Assembly: GCF_006345805.1 (NCBI RefSeq)
Contig: NC_043010.1
Location: forward strand, 48,980,001-49,044,000
Direction: 5' to 3'
DNA from: Octopus sinensis
Lineage: Eukaryota
Length of the DNA: 64,000 nt
Shown one piece after another: positions 12,971 through 26,650 of the stretch. The translations under genes were made by a program, and so were the position numbers. Below the pieces are notes generated by a model that was not told the DNA's origin, ran no database searches, and was given only the letters and a program-made list of their open reading frames with translations. The stretch's first letter is position 1, and every line of letters starts with the position of its first letter.

Positions 12971-13446
12971 GTATGTATGTATGTATGTATGTATGTATGT
13001 ATGTATACAAATTATGCCGTTTTAATCCCGAGCGACACGGGTATCTCTGCTAGTTATATTAATGAAAAGCAAAAGGATGTTCATTGAATGACCTAATGTA
13101 ATAGGTATTACCTTAATTGCGCGGTTTGGATTACCACTAAAACTCCGGCTTCAACTGCAGCTGAAATAAGTTGGTACTGAAGTTGCCTGTCGAAGATGGC
13201 TAGAAGTGGTTCATCGTTGAACGGATAGATATATGTTATAAACAGAGAATAAGCAAGCAAAACATGTGTTGAGTTATTACTTAAGAACATTTAGTTTATG
13301 ATTTAAACATAGTGCAGAGTAGTTGTAGTAAATAGGTAAAGTCTCTCACAGCCGTTTCTGTAATAAGCCTGCGGAGCGTATGCTATTGATCAAGGATTTC
13401 CAATTAAGCTAACTAAACCGTCATTGGAGAGAGAGAAATAAATGTT

Positions 13447-13750
13447 TTTGTTTTTCCTTCTCGAGCAATGCCTGGCTCATAAGGGCCAGTTTCCCGGTTT
13501 CCTTGGTGTATAGGTTCCCCATCTGGACGGGACGCCGGTCCGTCGCAGGTGAGCTGCTAGATGCAGGAGGAAAGAGTGAGAGAAAGTTGTGGCGAAAGAG
13601 TCAGCAGAAGTTCGCCATCACCTTCTGCCGGAGCCGCGTGGAGCTTAGGTGTTTCGCCCACAAATGCAGACATCGCCTGGTCTGAGATTCGAACCCGCGA
13701 TCCCTCGACCGCGAGTCCGCTGCTCTAACCACTAGGCCATGTGCCTCCAC
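13447..13750 (-). mobile_element. tRNA-derived SINE family 3
   Basis: Minus strand GTGGAGGCACATGGCCTAGTGGTTAGAGCAGCGGAC...GGTTCGAATCTC (A and B boxes); same family as 51771 and 52423. Confidence 0.9.
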
Positions 13751-14323
13751 AGAGAGAAATAAATAAATAAAAAGTATTAAAATTGTTTTAAAAAGTGTTG
13801 GATTTGGGTGCACCTGTTGTGGTGCATGTTTTCTAAGTGCTTTAGACATTTTCTGACACGCCCTTCAAAATTCGCGGCTCATCCATGAACCATACATGTC
13901 GATGGCTGTGATAGCGGTGGAAGTGGTAATGGTGGAGGTTGTGGTGACAGTAGTGGAGGCGGAGCGGCAGCTGGGGGGGGTGATGACATGTTGTTTTAGT
14001 ATCAGTGGTACCCCAGGTCAATCCTGATAGAGCAATGCTATCATCAAACTCATTCCAAGTGTGATCAACCTGTCTTTTTAAGAATATCTGGGTCTATATT
14101 CTGTGATGTGGTTGGACGGAGAGTCCGCTTCTATGTCTGGCATGTCATGCGACCGCGTAAAGGCACCCACGATTTGTTTTGTTTAAAGCGGCGAGCTGGC
14201 AGAAACGTTAGCGCGATAGATATAAAGGAAATTAGGGGCGGCAGTGTTACTGATGGTGGTGGTGGTGGTGGTGGTGGCCTCGTGATAGTATTGATGATGG
14301 TGGTGATGGTAATGATTGTGATA

Positions 14324-14553
14324 GGCGGCGAGCTGGCAGAAACGTTAGCGCGCCGGGCGAAATGCTTAGTGGTATTGCGTCTGTCGTTGCGTTCTGAGTT
14401 CAAATTCCGCCGAGGTCGACTTTGCCTTTCATCCTTTCGGGGTCGATAAATTAAGTACCAGTTACGCACTGGGGTCGATGTAATCGACTTAATCCATTTG
14501 TCTGTCCTTGTTTGTTCCCTCTATGTTTAGCCCCGTGTGAGCAATAAAGAAAC
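14324..14553 (+). mobile_element. tRNA-derived SINE family 2
   Basis: Full-length match to 10804-11037. Confidence 0.9.
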
Positions 14554-14699
14554 AGATATAAAGGAAATTAGGGGCGGCAGTGTTACTGATGGTGGTGATG
14601 GTGGTGGTGATGGTGGTGGTGGCCTCGTGATAGTATTGCTGATGGTGGTGATGGTAATGATTGTGATAATGGTGACGCTGCTGCTCATACATCAGTGGT

Positions 14700-15159
14700 G
14701 TTCGTAGAGATAGTGGTGGTCGTGGTGGTGGTGGTGCTGCTGTTCCTGGTACTACTGCAGGGGATGCTAATGGTGGTGGTAGCGTCGGCGGTGGTGGTGG
14801 TGGTTGTGGTGTGGTGGTGGTGGTGGTGGTGGTGTTGCTTCTGCAGCTGTTGCTGTTGTTGTTGTTTTTGTTAAGCAACAAGACGGGTAAGGGTGATTAG
14901 GTGATGGTCTAGGGTTTAGGGGCGGGAGACCCCAGACCTTGGAAAAACAAAAAACTTTGGTCGTCTTGTTGTAGTCGAGGGCTCTTCGTTGACGCCGGAC
15001 ACCACTGGGAGGTGGTCCTAAAAGTCGCTGGAAATGGAGATCTTCAGGTCCAAATTCTTGAACGGCTGGTACAGCTGCAGGTGATGTTAGTGGGTGTAGT
15101 GGTGGCGGCGGCGGCGGCGATGGTGGTAGTGGTGGTGGGGCTGCTGCTGTTGCTGGTGC

Positions 15160-15193
<34 letters not shown>

Positions 15194-15395
15194 ACTGCGG
15201 TTGCTGGTGCTGGTGTTAGTGATAGTGGTAGTACTTGTAGTGGTGGTGGTATGGTGGTGGTGGTGGTGGTGGTGGTGGTGGTGGTGGTGGTGGTGGTGGT
15301 GGTAGTGGTCGTCGTCGTCGTCATCATCGTGGTCATCATCGTCGTCGTCGTCATCGTCGTCGTAGTCGTAGTGGTGGTCACGGTGGCGGCGGCGG
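14700..15395. repeat. (GGT)n/(GCT)n/(CGT)n triplet low-complexity region
   Basis: Direct reading; a ~200-bp non-repetitive island sits at 14880-15080. Confidence 0.9.
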
Positions 15396-15540
15396 CGGCT
15401 GTGTTGATCAATCCGCCTCCAAGGCGGGGCAAATGTGAAGAATATTTACTGGACGTGTGAACGGGATTCTGATTGCAAAGTTGTAAATCTCTTCTTTCTC
15501 CTCCAAAAGTTGAATAACAGTTTCAGTCAAGAGATGACAT

Positions 15541-15580
<40 letters not shown>

Positions 15581-15731
15581 TGCTGCACAACTAAATATAC
15601 ATCAATAAATGATACGTTGATCTATTTCAAACACCTTTACGTACATGGACATACATAATTATATCGTATAAATACATAGGTGTATATGTGTATATGTGTG
15701 TATATGTATATACGTATGTGTGTATATAGCG

Positions 15732-15763
<32 letters not shown>

Positions 15764-16123
15764 CCTATATGTGTTTCATTATACATATGTGTATATATAT
15801 ATGTGTGTGTGTGTGTCTGTGTATGTGCGTGTGTGTGTATATATATATGTGGTGTGTGTGTGTGTGTGGTGTGTTTTCATATATATTTATATTCATATAT
15901 ATACATATATACACTTATATATAGTACATATATATGATATATACGTTTATACATATATATATATATATACTGTATATGTATACATGCATTATATACATAT
16001 ATACCGTATATGTGAATATACATTATATACTTATCGTATATATGAATATACATTATATACATAGCGTATATTATATATAATATATACACACACACATATA
16101 TATACACACACATATATATATAT

Positions 16124-16164
<41 letters not shown>

Positions 16165-16286
16165 TATATATACACACACACACATATACATACATACAAG
16201 GATATATGCATATATGAATATGTATATGCATATATATATGTGTGTGTATATATATGTACGTATATATTTGTGTGTATACGCGTATA

Positions 16287-16412
16287 ACATACATACATAC
16301 ATACATACATACATACATACATACATACATACATACATACATACATACATACATACATACATACATACATACATACATACATACATACATACATACATAC
16401 ATACATACATAC
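16287..16412. repeat. (TACA)n microsatellite
   Basis: Direct reading. Confidence 0.98.
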
Positions 16413-17063
16413 ATGCATACATACTTTACACTACATTACATTACATTACATTACATTACATACGTAGAGGCGTAAAGTAGCTTGATTTAGCGTCCAAATC
16501 TACAAATTTGACGGCTCCATTGATCTGATGAATACTTAAGTAACGTATACGACAGAGACATCTAACACCAGCGTGCAAATGGAGAAGTCGATATAGTCAG
16601 AAGCGAAATAGTGTAGCGATTTGATCATCATTGATACGCCACTGTCGTCTTGGAAACGTAAAAATCAATCCACCTATCCACTCACAAGTGTCCGAACGCC
16701 TGGTATATATGTACGTATTTCGCTTCCTTGGTCATGTGATGGTCAAGAAACGTACCACTCTGATCTGCTTATGGTATGGTATGGTTTGGTTTGGTATGGT
16801 ATGGTATGGTATGGTATGGTATGGTATGGTATTGTATGCTTACACACGAAGTTACAAAGTTAAAAATAATCATTCACAGAATTATACACACACACACACA
16901 CATATATATAAACATATATACATATACACCTATATATGCATATGTGTATGCGTGTGTATGCATATATATATATATGCATATATTTATGCGTGTCTGCATG
17001 TAATGTATATGTAGACATACACACACAAACATGTATGTGTGTGTGCATATGCATGTCTTTATA

Positions 17064-17101
<38 letters not shown>

Positions 17102-17207
17102 CCGAAATTGCGAGGATGATCCGGTTCTTGACTGGAGATAAAAGGCTTTTTTTTTTGTATCGTCTATCTGGATGTTTTGCGTTCTTGTCCTATTTTGTAT
17201 TTTATTT

Positions 17208-17297
<90 letters not shown>

Positions 17298-17651
17298 TAT
17301 ATCAAATTAGAGATAAAACCACTATTAGGCAAATCAAACAATGAAAAACTTAAGCCAATACATAAAATTAATTAATTTATATTATTTTAAATATATATCA
17401 AAATTATTTAAAGTTTAATAAAAGATAATGAGTAAAACACTACGATCGTTTCATGGCTGTCCAATTCGTAATAATTCGAGTTGTGGTTACAGTCAATCTT
17501 CAGGTGATTGAAATATTTATCTTAGCGAGGTTTATCTTCGTTTTTCTTGCTTCAGCTCAAAGCTGCGGCCATGCAGAAGATAAAAAACAAAGACAGGTGA
17601 AAGAACAACAAGCAGATGTATTAGTTTGACGCTCGGGGGGAATGGAAAAGT

Positions 17652-17687
17652 CTTTGACGTTTCGAGCTTACGTTCTTCGACAGAAAG
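17652..17687 (-). ncRNA. Hammerhead-like motif, family B variant
   Basis: Minus strand CTTT-CTGTCGA-A-GAAC GTAA GCTC-GAAAC-GTC-AAAG. U6 core, one mismatch in stem II, GUC triplet. Confidence 0.45.
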
Positions 17688-18473
17688 AATTGAGAGGCGG
17701 GGAATGGTGAGAGAACGAAAATAACAGTGAGAGAGAAAATGTGTTGGGATTAACGGTTCAACCTCATGCAATGGCCGGAAGAAAGAGGTTGAGTGAAAGG
17801 GAGAGAATAATGGTGACCCGGAAAAACTAAGGTGCGCAAGCGTGTGTGTGTATGTGGGAATGGTGTGTATGAGTGTGTATGTGAGAATGAGGGCGAGCGC
17901 TCATGAATGTATGTGTTGGTGAGCTTAAAATCATGTGGGCCTGTGTGTGTGTATGTGTATACGCAACCTAGTGCGTACATTTTGTGGAGTGATATACGTT
18001 TCATGTACTGGTATGTATGTGTGTGTGTGCATATGGACGTGTGTATATGTATGTGGGATTATTGTGTGTGTGTGCAAACGCATGGGCCTCTGTGTGAGTA
18101 TGGAAATGTGTGTGTGTGTGTATGTGTAGAAGTAACCTAGTGCGTGCGTTGTGTGGAGTGATGTACGTTTCGTGTATTTGTGTCCCTGTGTGTGTATGTG
18201 TGTGAGTGCATATGGACGTGTGCGTATGTGTGTAAGGCTACTGTGTGTGTGTGAGGCTATGGTGCGTGTGTGAGTGTGCGTGAGCATGCGTGTGCAATCG
18301 CTTGTGTGTAGCAGTTGATGAGTGCTTGTTCTTGTGGTGTGTACACGTGTGTGTGTGTGTGTGTGTGCATGTGTGTGACCCTGTAGTGTACGTGTGTACT
18401 GTGCATTTTTATGGGGAAGTTGTGTGTTTATGCGTGTTCCGTATGTGTATGTGTGTTTTGTGTGCTTTTTCGA

Positions 18474-18940
<467 letters not shown>

Positions 18941-19607
18941 AGAGAACTATAGTAACTTATTGTAACGTTACAATTTAACAGAAATTACATCACTTTTTCT
19001 CTTTACCCAGAAGCTTTCAGCTTAGCAAATGTTTTCAGTTTTTGCCAAGTACGTTTCACTTCCCTACAGCTGCTATGTTTCAAGCTTTTCGATCACTTTC
19101 AAAGCAGGTCTTAAGATTTACGATATCAAGAGATTGAATGACGAATATGCAAAACTCTTTTTTTGATATTTTCTCGTCAGATGTAGCTCCTGATTTCTTG
19201 CAGCTACTCGAATGTAATTTACATTCGAATGATATTTTGATATCCAAAGTTAAAGCTTTATCTTTTCGGGGTGAGATATCAGAAATCTTTTGGAGATATT
19301 GAAAAATTTTGAACATTTAGTGAGGCATGCATTGGAAATTATTGCATTGCTGTTTTCCATCATTTATTCATGTGTACGGTTTTTCTGAATATTAAAATTA
19401 GCATTTAACCATATGTGTGAAAATCTGTTGATAGTAATCAAACGAGGAAACTAAGTATTGATATTTCAAAAGTCTCATCTTTAACAAGGAAGAGTGTTTT
19501 GTTTTTTTTGTTTTTTGTTTTGTTTTTAAACATAATTTATTTGTTACATTAATACGGAAGGGGTTCATACAATACAAGGAAAAGAAATGTTCAGATGAAA
19601 CAACGTA

Positions 19608-20127
19608 CCGTAAATCCTCGAATATAGTCCGCCCTTGAGTATAATACGCAGGGGATTTTTAGGGGGCTGTACTTCTGAAAAACCTAAACCTTGTGTATAA
19701 TACGCACACCTTCTCTAACTTGAGTCGTGCGTAATTAAGCCAGCAGCACCTAGTCGAACAAACACTTCCGCGTATGCGTAATACAATAATGGTGATGTTC
19801 TTAACTGTTATATGTGAATGTAAATGTTTGCAAATTGCTTTTGTTACAGGTTATTCTGTGTTCTGGATACTTTTATTTTAATAAATGTTGCTTACTGCAA
19901 GTTATGGATGATTCTTTTATGACTTCATTGCTTTCAGGTTTAGCTTAAGGTATTTTCGTGCCCAGCATCACAAAATGCGCTTGGATAAACATTGCCGGAC
20001 AGCAAATAGAGACTCGGACATTGCTTAGGAAATATTTTTCATTTTTACCCTCGTATATAGTACGCACTAGGGATTTTGACCTTTAAATTTTGGGGAAAAA
20101 ATGCTGATTATACTCGAGGATTTACGG
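19608..20127. mobile_element. pogo/Tc2-like MITE, 520 bp, TA TSD
   Basis: TA|CCGTAAATCCTCGAATATAGTC ... GATTATACTCGAGGATTTACGG|TA; subterminal TATAATACGC repeats; the paralogous segment near 22690 lacks the insertion. Confidence 0.85.
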
Positions 20128-21621
20128 TATGTGACGCGTACAGAAAACTTTTGTTACAAATTTGACATTGGGCTAATTTTTACACATCAAATACATATTC
20201 GTGGTGTCTTTTTCTTCTGAGGCTCTGATGTCTGCAACACTCTGCCCAATTCGCAGCTTACAAATTTGTCTATTTGTAAGCTGCGATCACAGAAAATCTA
20301 GACGAGCCACCGAACTATCACGTTAACAACAGCCATTTATTGGATAACAATTGGGTTTGTGCACATGAACGAATTTTGATTTTTATGTGACAAAACGTGG
20401 GATCGAATCCAGTACTATACATCCAACCTCCTAGTTTTCTATGGCAAAATACGATCAGCTTTTTTCCTCTCATTGATGCATTGTGACATTTTAATAAGTG
20501 TTGCTTAATACGTAAAATCAAAATGTTTTGCTATAAATGTTTAGTTCCATTTATCTTGCTCAAATATCCCTATACTCTTCTTTCCAATTTTCTATTTCCT
20601 TGTCCAGGAATCGAAACCACAATCTCATGATCATGATGCTGACAGCCTAACCACTAAGCTACACGCCACCACAATTTTCATAAATACAGACGCCTAATTA
20701 TATAATATCTTCATGTGATAGCATGAGCATTTCTGAAATAGCAGCTGAGATATACCGCTGCGATGTAGTATAGTTGTTTTACCCAATGAACATCGGTGAA
20801 AAGTCACAGTGCGGTTGATATCAGATGGGCAGGCTTCCTTATATATCTTCGTGTGATAGCATGAGCATTTCTGAAATAGCAGCTGAATTTTACCGCTACA
20901 GCGCAGAATAATCGGTATACGCGACAGCACCAGTGCAAAACCACAAGGACACGTTTGTTATTTGATAAGTGGGCTTCCTAAGTTAGTTTAGGACACATAT
21001 GTAGTTGTAAAGTTGTATATCATTCTAAAAATTCTGTTGATCCAACGATAAGAGCATCCATACTCAGACAGTCGAAAGGCGATGGATACTCGCCAAGAAG
21101 TAGCTCAGGTGACAATGCTGAACGAGTGATGTTTTATCAGCAATGTATCTACATGAGAGTGTGTGGAGAAATCTGTTCAGAGACCGTAAAAAAGTTCTAT
21201 GCACGTTCTATGCATCGTTTTCATGTTATAATATAATATAGAGGTTGCCACTGTCATCGTTAACGGTTTCTGTTGCAATTTACATTCACGCTTTTTTAGG
21301 ACAGTAAACTACTTGTTAACCAAATTGCCCGTATGCAGTATCTGGTGTTTCACTGGCCAGTCATGATATTGGCTTCAAATTTTGGCACAAGGCCAGCAAT
21401 TTCATGCAAGGAATAAGTCGATTACATTGACCCCAGTATTCGATTGGTACTTATTTTATCGATTTATCGACCCCGAAAGGATGAAAGGCAAAGTCGATAT
21501 CAGAACGTTAAGTGCCATTCATGATATCAATAACGTTTTTCGGTATATATTTATTTTCAAGAATCTAGAATAATAAATATTATAACAATGTACTGCTCAT
21601 TTGATCAACAGAGGAAGCTTG

Positions 21622-22056
21622 GGATCTTTTCGGTTTGAACGGCAGTTTTTTCTAGCGGTGTCATATGAAATTGTCACCCATAATTATGACCCTAGTATCG
21701 ATCTATTCCATTTCAATCTATTTTAGGGTTAGGGTTAGTTAGGGTTAGGGTTAGGGGTGGGGGGAAGGGTATCTTTTTTTTGTTCACAAATGTAAATAAA
21801 CCCAATCTGTTTCTTAAAAGAGGGACATATTCATACGGCACAGAATGTTTTTTTTTTACCTCAATGGACGTCACCGATTGGTTGAAATTGCAGAAATTGA
21901 AAAAAAAAAACAAATATCTTACAAACTATAGAATTTTCTCAATAGAGCCAAGAGAAAAAGATGTTTTATAAACACATTCTACCAGTATACGAAGTTTAAA
22001 ATTTTTTAGTTACCTAGAAATTATGTTAAAAACTGACGTTCAAACCGAAAAGATCC
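21622..22056. mobile_element. MITE with ~28-bp TIRs and 8-bp TSD
   Basis: TIR GGATCTTTTCGGTTTGAACG(G/T)CAGTTTTT; exact TSD GAAGCTTG at 21614-21621 and 22057-22064; internal (TTAGGG)n-like run at 21723-21757. Confidence 0.9.
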
Positions 22057-23655
22057 GAAGCTTGCATTATGACCCGCGTCTACCTATAAATGGTATTAAC
22101 CCTGTCAGGCCGTATTCCCGCCATAGTGGGAATAGGTTAAACGTCATCTCTGCCAGATTCCTGGTGAAGCAGCAATAAACAACACAAGTACAAAAAGAAG
22201 ATGCAGCCGATTCTGTCCATTTGTTTGTTTGTTTGCCAGCAATCATTACTCATGTATATGCAGTTATTTATTTTTTTACTCGAGAACCCAGGTGGAGAGT
22301 AGAGTTAGACACAGGGGCCCAGGTCTGAGAGAGTTAATGCCTTACAATCTCCTTCCACCACTTTTAAAGATCTAGAGCTTTTTGAGACTTGAGGTTAGAA
22401 AACAAAATAAATGGCAAGGACTATATAATGACACCCTGGATGTTCTACTGCTCTGATGTAGCTAGTTCGACTTGCTGCCCAAACTAAACAACCATCCGTT
22501 AAATATACAACGTTACTTTTCTGTAACTTTTCCTATTTACAACAGTGAAAAGACTGTCTAAAGTGAATTAATACCTGGGTAGCGAGTCAGAGAGAAAGCT
22601 TATTCTATGTATATAAACATAATTTATTGCTGCATTAATACAGAAAGTGTTCATGCAATACAAGAAAAGGAATATTCAGATGAAACTATATATGACAAGT
22701 CAGAAATTCAACATTCGGGCTAATTTTTCAAATCAATACATATACTCTTATTGCTGAAGTGTGGCTTATTCTATCGTGCCACGTTGAATATGTAGCTGTG
22801 AAAACAGCTATGTGTCGAAAGTGAACGCCTCCAAGGAATGGAATCACTCTGAGGTTTTCGCCCACAAATGAGCTGTATTTGTAGGCTCTGTTCACGGGAG
22901 ATTCTAGGCATACCACTAGACTATCACGTGAAGAACAGCCGTTCATTGAACCGAAATTGAGTTTGCGTACATGATCAACTTGTGATTTCTATGTGGCAAA
23001 ACCTGTGATCGAATACAACTGTTATACCTGTTTTATAGTGAAGAGGGTGACTAAGCTAGCGAGAGAGTAGTGTTTAGGAGTCAGACACATCCCATCGCGG
23101 ATGACACCTAATCAGCTTCATCCATTGCCAAACCATCCAAACAATTTCAATGTGGGGGAAATCATAAGTAGTTTGGTGGTTTAGAGCAGCAGTCCTCGGC
23201 TTGTTTCACACCACGGACCGGTTTCGCGCTAACAATTTTTCCATATATCTGTAAATTGTGTGCTGATGCTATGAGAGCTGTTTCTATATTGTTACAGTTA
23301 CAGAATATAGAAAGACGTGTAAAACCGAAAGCAATGTAATCCAGCCAAAATATCTCAGTTACGCAAACGTAAACAGAATTATTTAGCCCTAAAATACATT
23401 GTCCATATCCAAAGAACATTCTTGGTTTTGTGGTATAGAACATTCTTGTGGTATTCTTTTATTCTTTTACTCGTTTCTGTCATTTGACGGTGGCCAAGCT
23501 GGAGGACAGCCCATTAGTCGAAGAAATCGATCCCTGGACTTATTCCCTACAAACCTGCTGCTTATTCTATTAGTCTCTAAGTTACGGGGACGCAAACACA
23601 CCAACATCGGTTGTCAAATAATGGTAGATGGGGGACAGTCACAAACACACACATT

Positions 23656-23747
<92 letters not shown>

Positions 23748-24097
23748 CTTTATTTTAAGCAGCAGAAAATTCAACAAAATCTGTTACTCTGAGTTTCTCG
23801 TTGCCGTTCATCAGACAGTTTTTGCTAGAATGGAACCGATATATCAATTCAATCTAGACTCTTACAAACGCTACACCTTTAAAAAAAATGGACTTGTTTG
23901 ATTGGCCCTTTAGAAAAAACGGTCAATCTTCGAGCGATAAACAAAAAAAGCTCAAAAATATATGTATATATATATATATAAAAAATTATAAAAATTATAA
24001 AATTCGAGGAAAAAACCTTAAAATAAAGCATATTACTCTACCACTGGTATTTGAGTACTCTTTTTTCCACCTTGTTTCACATTTATGTGTTTACTCC

Positions 24098-24184
<87 letters not shown>

Positions 24185-25600
24185 ACGGGTTTATATGGTA
24201 TGCATGTCCGTAGAGTACTCAGCCACTTGCGAGTCAATTTTGCGAGCATTCTGTTCGTTGATCAGATAAACAGGAACATCGTCATCGTAACCAACGAAGT
24301 GCCATTTTTTAAAAAGGGTGAAAGAAAAGGAAATGTTCTATATCGTAAGGCAAAAATGTCATATGTTTAGTATACGCAGTGAAAGCTAAGACGAAATAAT
24401 TGCTATTCCGTCGTGTATTCGCCCTGGACTCACGCTTGCGCATCGGTGTTTATACAGGGGCTTGGCCTCCAGATCTGTGTGATCCACAAATGCCGCTATT
24501 AGGATCGGATTAACACCCATAGTAACGCTAACGACTAAAAAGATTTTCCTGCCCCATATAGGATCTTTTTTCGTTTTCTTCCAACCACTTGAAGGTTTAT
24601 CTTGCTCCTGTCCACTCAGCTGGCCAAAATGAGTTGTAGCTGTAATTCAAAGGGGCCAGCCTTGTCATATTCCGTGTGAGGCTGAATCTTTTTGAGAACT
24701 ACGTTAATGATATGCATGTCTGTGGAGTACTCAGCCACTTGCGAGTTAATTTTATCCTCGTGTGGTAATGAAAAGTGAAAGTGACATCCAATATTTGCTG
24801 TGTCTGTATCTATGTCTCTCTCCTCTCTCTCTCTTTCTCTTTCACTTCCTCTGTGTTCCTCCTCTCTTCCGCTTTTAATTTAACAATGTGTGTAGGTATC
24901 TATGTATCAACTTTCCTTATAATACATATATATCACATTATATATGTGATATATAATAGACATGCGTGATGATGATAATAGTAGTCTCACATTGTCCAAG
25001 AAAGACGGTTCTACAATTTCTTGCTGAACCTGCACAAATGATTCGTTTATAGTGATCAAATGTTTGTACAATAAATTAGCTCATTGTACACACTCTCTCT
25101 CTCCATTAAATCGACATTGCCTGTGCAGGTACGCGGTGTGCCACACGTCGGATATCGAACTGATCGGAGTGCAACATGAGTTAAAGTGTTTTGCTCAAGA
25201 ACACAACGCATCACTCTGTCCAGGAATTGAAACCTGGATGAGAGATCATGGTGTGAAACGCCTTAACCACCAGGCCAAGCACCTTCACAATACACATATA
25301 TGATAAATACATATAATGTAAAAACACCCGGCAGACTGCGACAGTCAATATTAATAGGGAAAACAATTGAAAATTTATTCCTTCTGAGCGGCTCAATACC
25401 AAAGGATCCAAGGTTCAGCGGTTGGGAACCCCTAGTTTTAAGAACTGGGATCGAAATTACGTCTCTTTCACACAATTAACTTTTTTCAGAAAAATCAACC
25501 TTGTTTATATTATCTAGATCTTATCAATTGTGTTCTCTCTCCTTCTCTCTCTCTCTCTCTCTCCTATATTCTCTTTCTGTTTCTCACTCATTCTTTCACC

Positions 25601-25651
<51 letters not shown>

Positions 25652-25756
25652 CATGTATGTATGTATGTATGTATGTATGTATGCATATATGTTTGTATAT
25701 CCATCTTCTCTTTAACTCCTTCGATTGCCTGTTTTCACTCCAGAGAACAGCTGACC

Positions 25757-25759
<3 letters not shown>

Positions 25760-25800
<41 letters not shown>

Positions 25801-25828
25801 TAATAATAATGATGATAATAATAATAAC

Positions 25829-25900
<72 letters not shown>
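25760..25900. repeat. (AAT)n microsatellite
   Basis: Direct reading. Confidence 0.98.
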
Positions 25901-25901
<1 letters not shown>

Positions 25902-26305
25902 TCATCAACAACAACTCGATACTATGCAAATAACACTCCAGTGATCCCTTGCACTCTTCAATATGCACGTACGTCATCATTGCATTTCAAGGCGACACAA
26001 GGAGAGCGTATGATAGCCATGTTTACACACTAAATTTTATGGAAGTTTTGATTTACGATGAATGCATCATCGAAAGATATGTGTGTATGTATGTATATGT
26101 ACACAGGACTGGGGTTTTTTAATGTTTTTTTTTTTTGATAATCCGCCCTTTACATGTTATGGATAGATATCAAATAAACCTTAAAAAAAGATATATTTCC
26201 CTACTCTATCACTTTACGCAGCATCTTGAACTTCCCCTCTACCTGTGTTTTTTAATCTCACTGGCGCTCCACGTCTATGTATCCATCTTTCTATTTCTCC
26301 TACGT

Positions 26306-26375
<70 letters not shown>

Positions 26376-26377
<2 letters not shown>

Positions 26378-26650
26378 GAATCTAAAAACAGAATCAATAC
26401 CTATCATAGTAGGTGCATTAGGCATGATAAAAAAATATTCAGACAAATACATAACAAAAACACCAGGACTTACAAACACATATAACATACAGAAAATTGC
26501 ACTACTAGGCACTGCACACATCCTACGCAGAACACTTTCCATACAATAACCATCAGAGCATCACAACAAATCACAGCACATACCCAAGACACACAGAGCT
26601 GCGCTCGGTAGTGAAGTGAAAGCACGTTATAAAAATAAAACTACTGAATT
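26376..26650 (+). mobile_element. 5'-truncated R4/Dong-like non-LTR retrotransposon (RLE C-terminus and 3' UTR) inside (AAT)n
   Basis: 26376-26549 reads WNLKTESIPIIVGALGMIKK...IQKIALLGTAHILRRTLSIQ*, the IPxxVGALG / QKxALLGTAxILR C-terminus of RLE-type LINEs. (AAT)n on both sides. Confidence 0.85.

Noticed and set aside
13680-13750. tRNA-like sequences (also 51771, 52423, 27430 and others)
   Set aside because: They are A/B-box heads of multicopy SINEs continuing into SINE bodies, with no complete cloverleaf or acceptor stem.
16520-16560. CTGATGA hammerhead-like start; similar partial hits at 8695, 9737 and 32020-32070
   Set aside because: Missing GAAA and/or stem I/III complementarity.
21723-21757. 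Telomere or chromosome-fusion remnant
   Set aside because: Only ~5 imperfect units, enclosed within a TSD-flanked MITE.
24965-25030. Possible C/D snoRNA (GTGATGA ... CTGA)
   Set aside because: No terminal stem, no recognisable antisense guide and no identified host gene.
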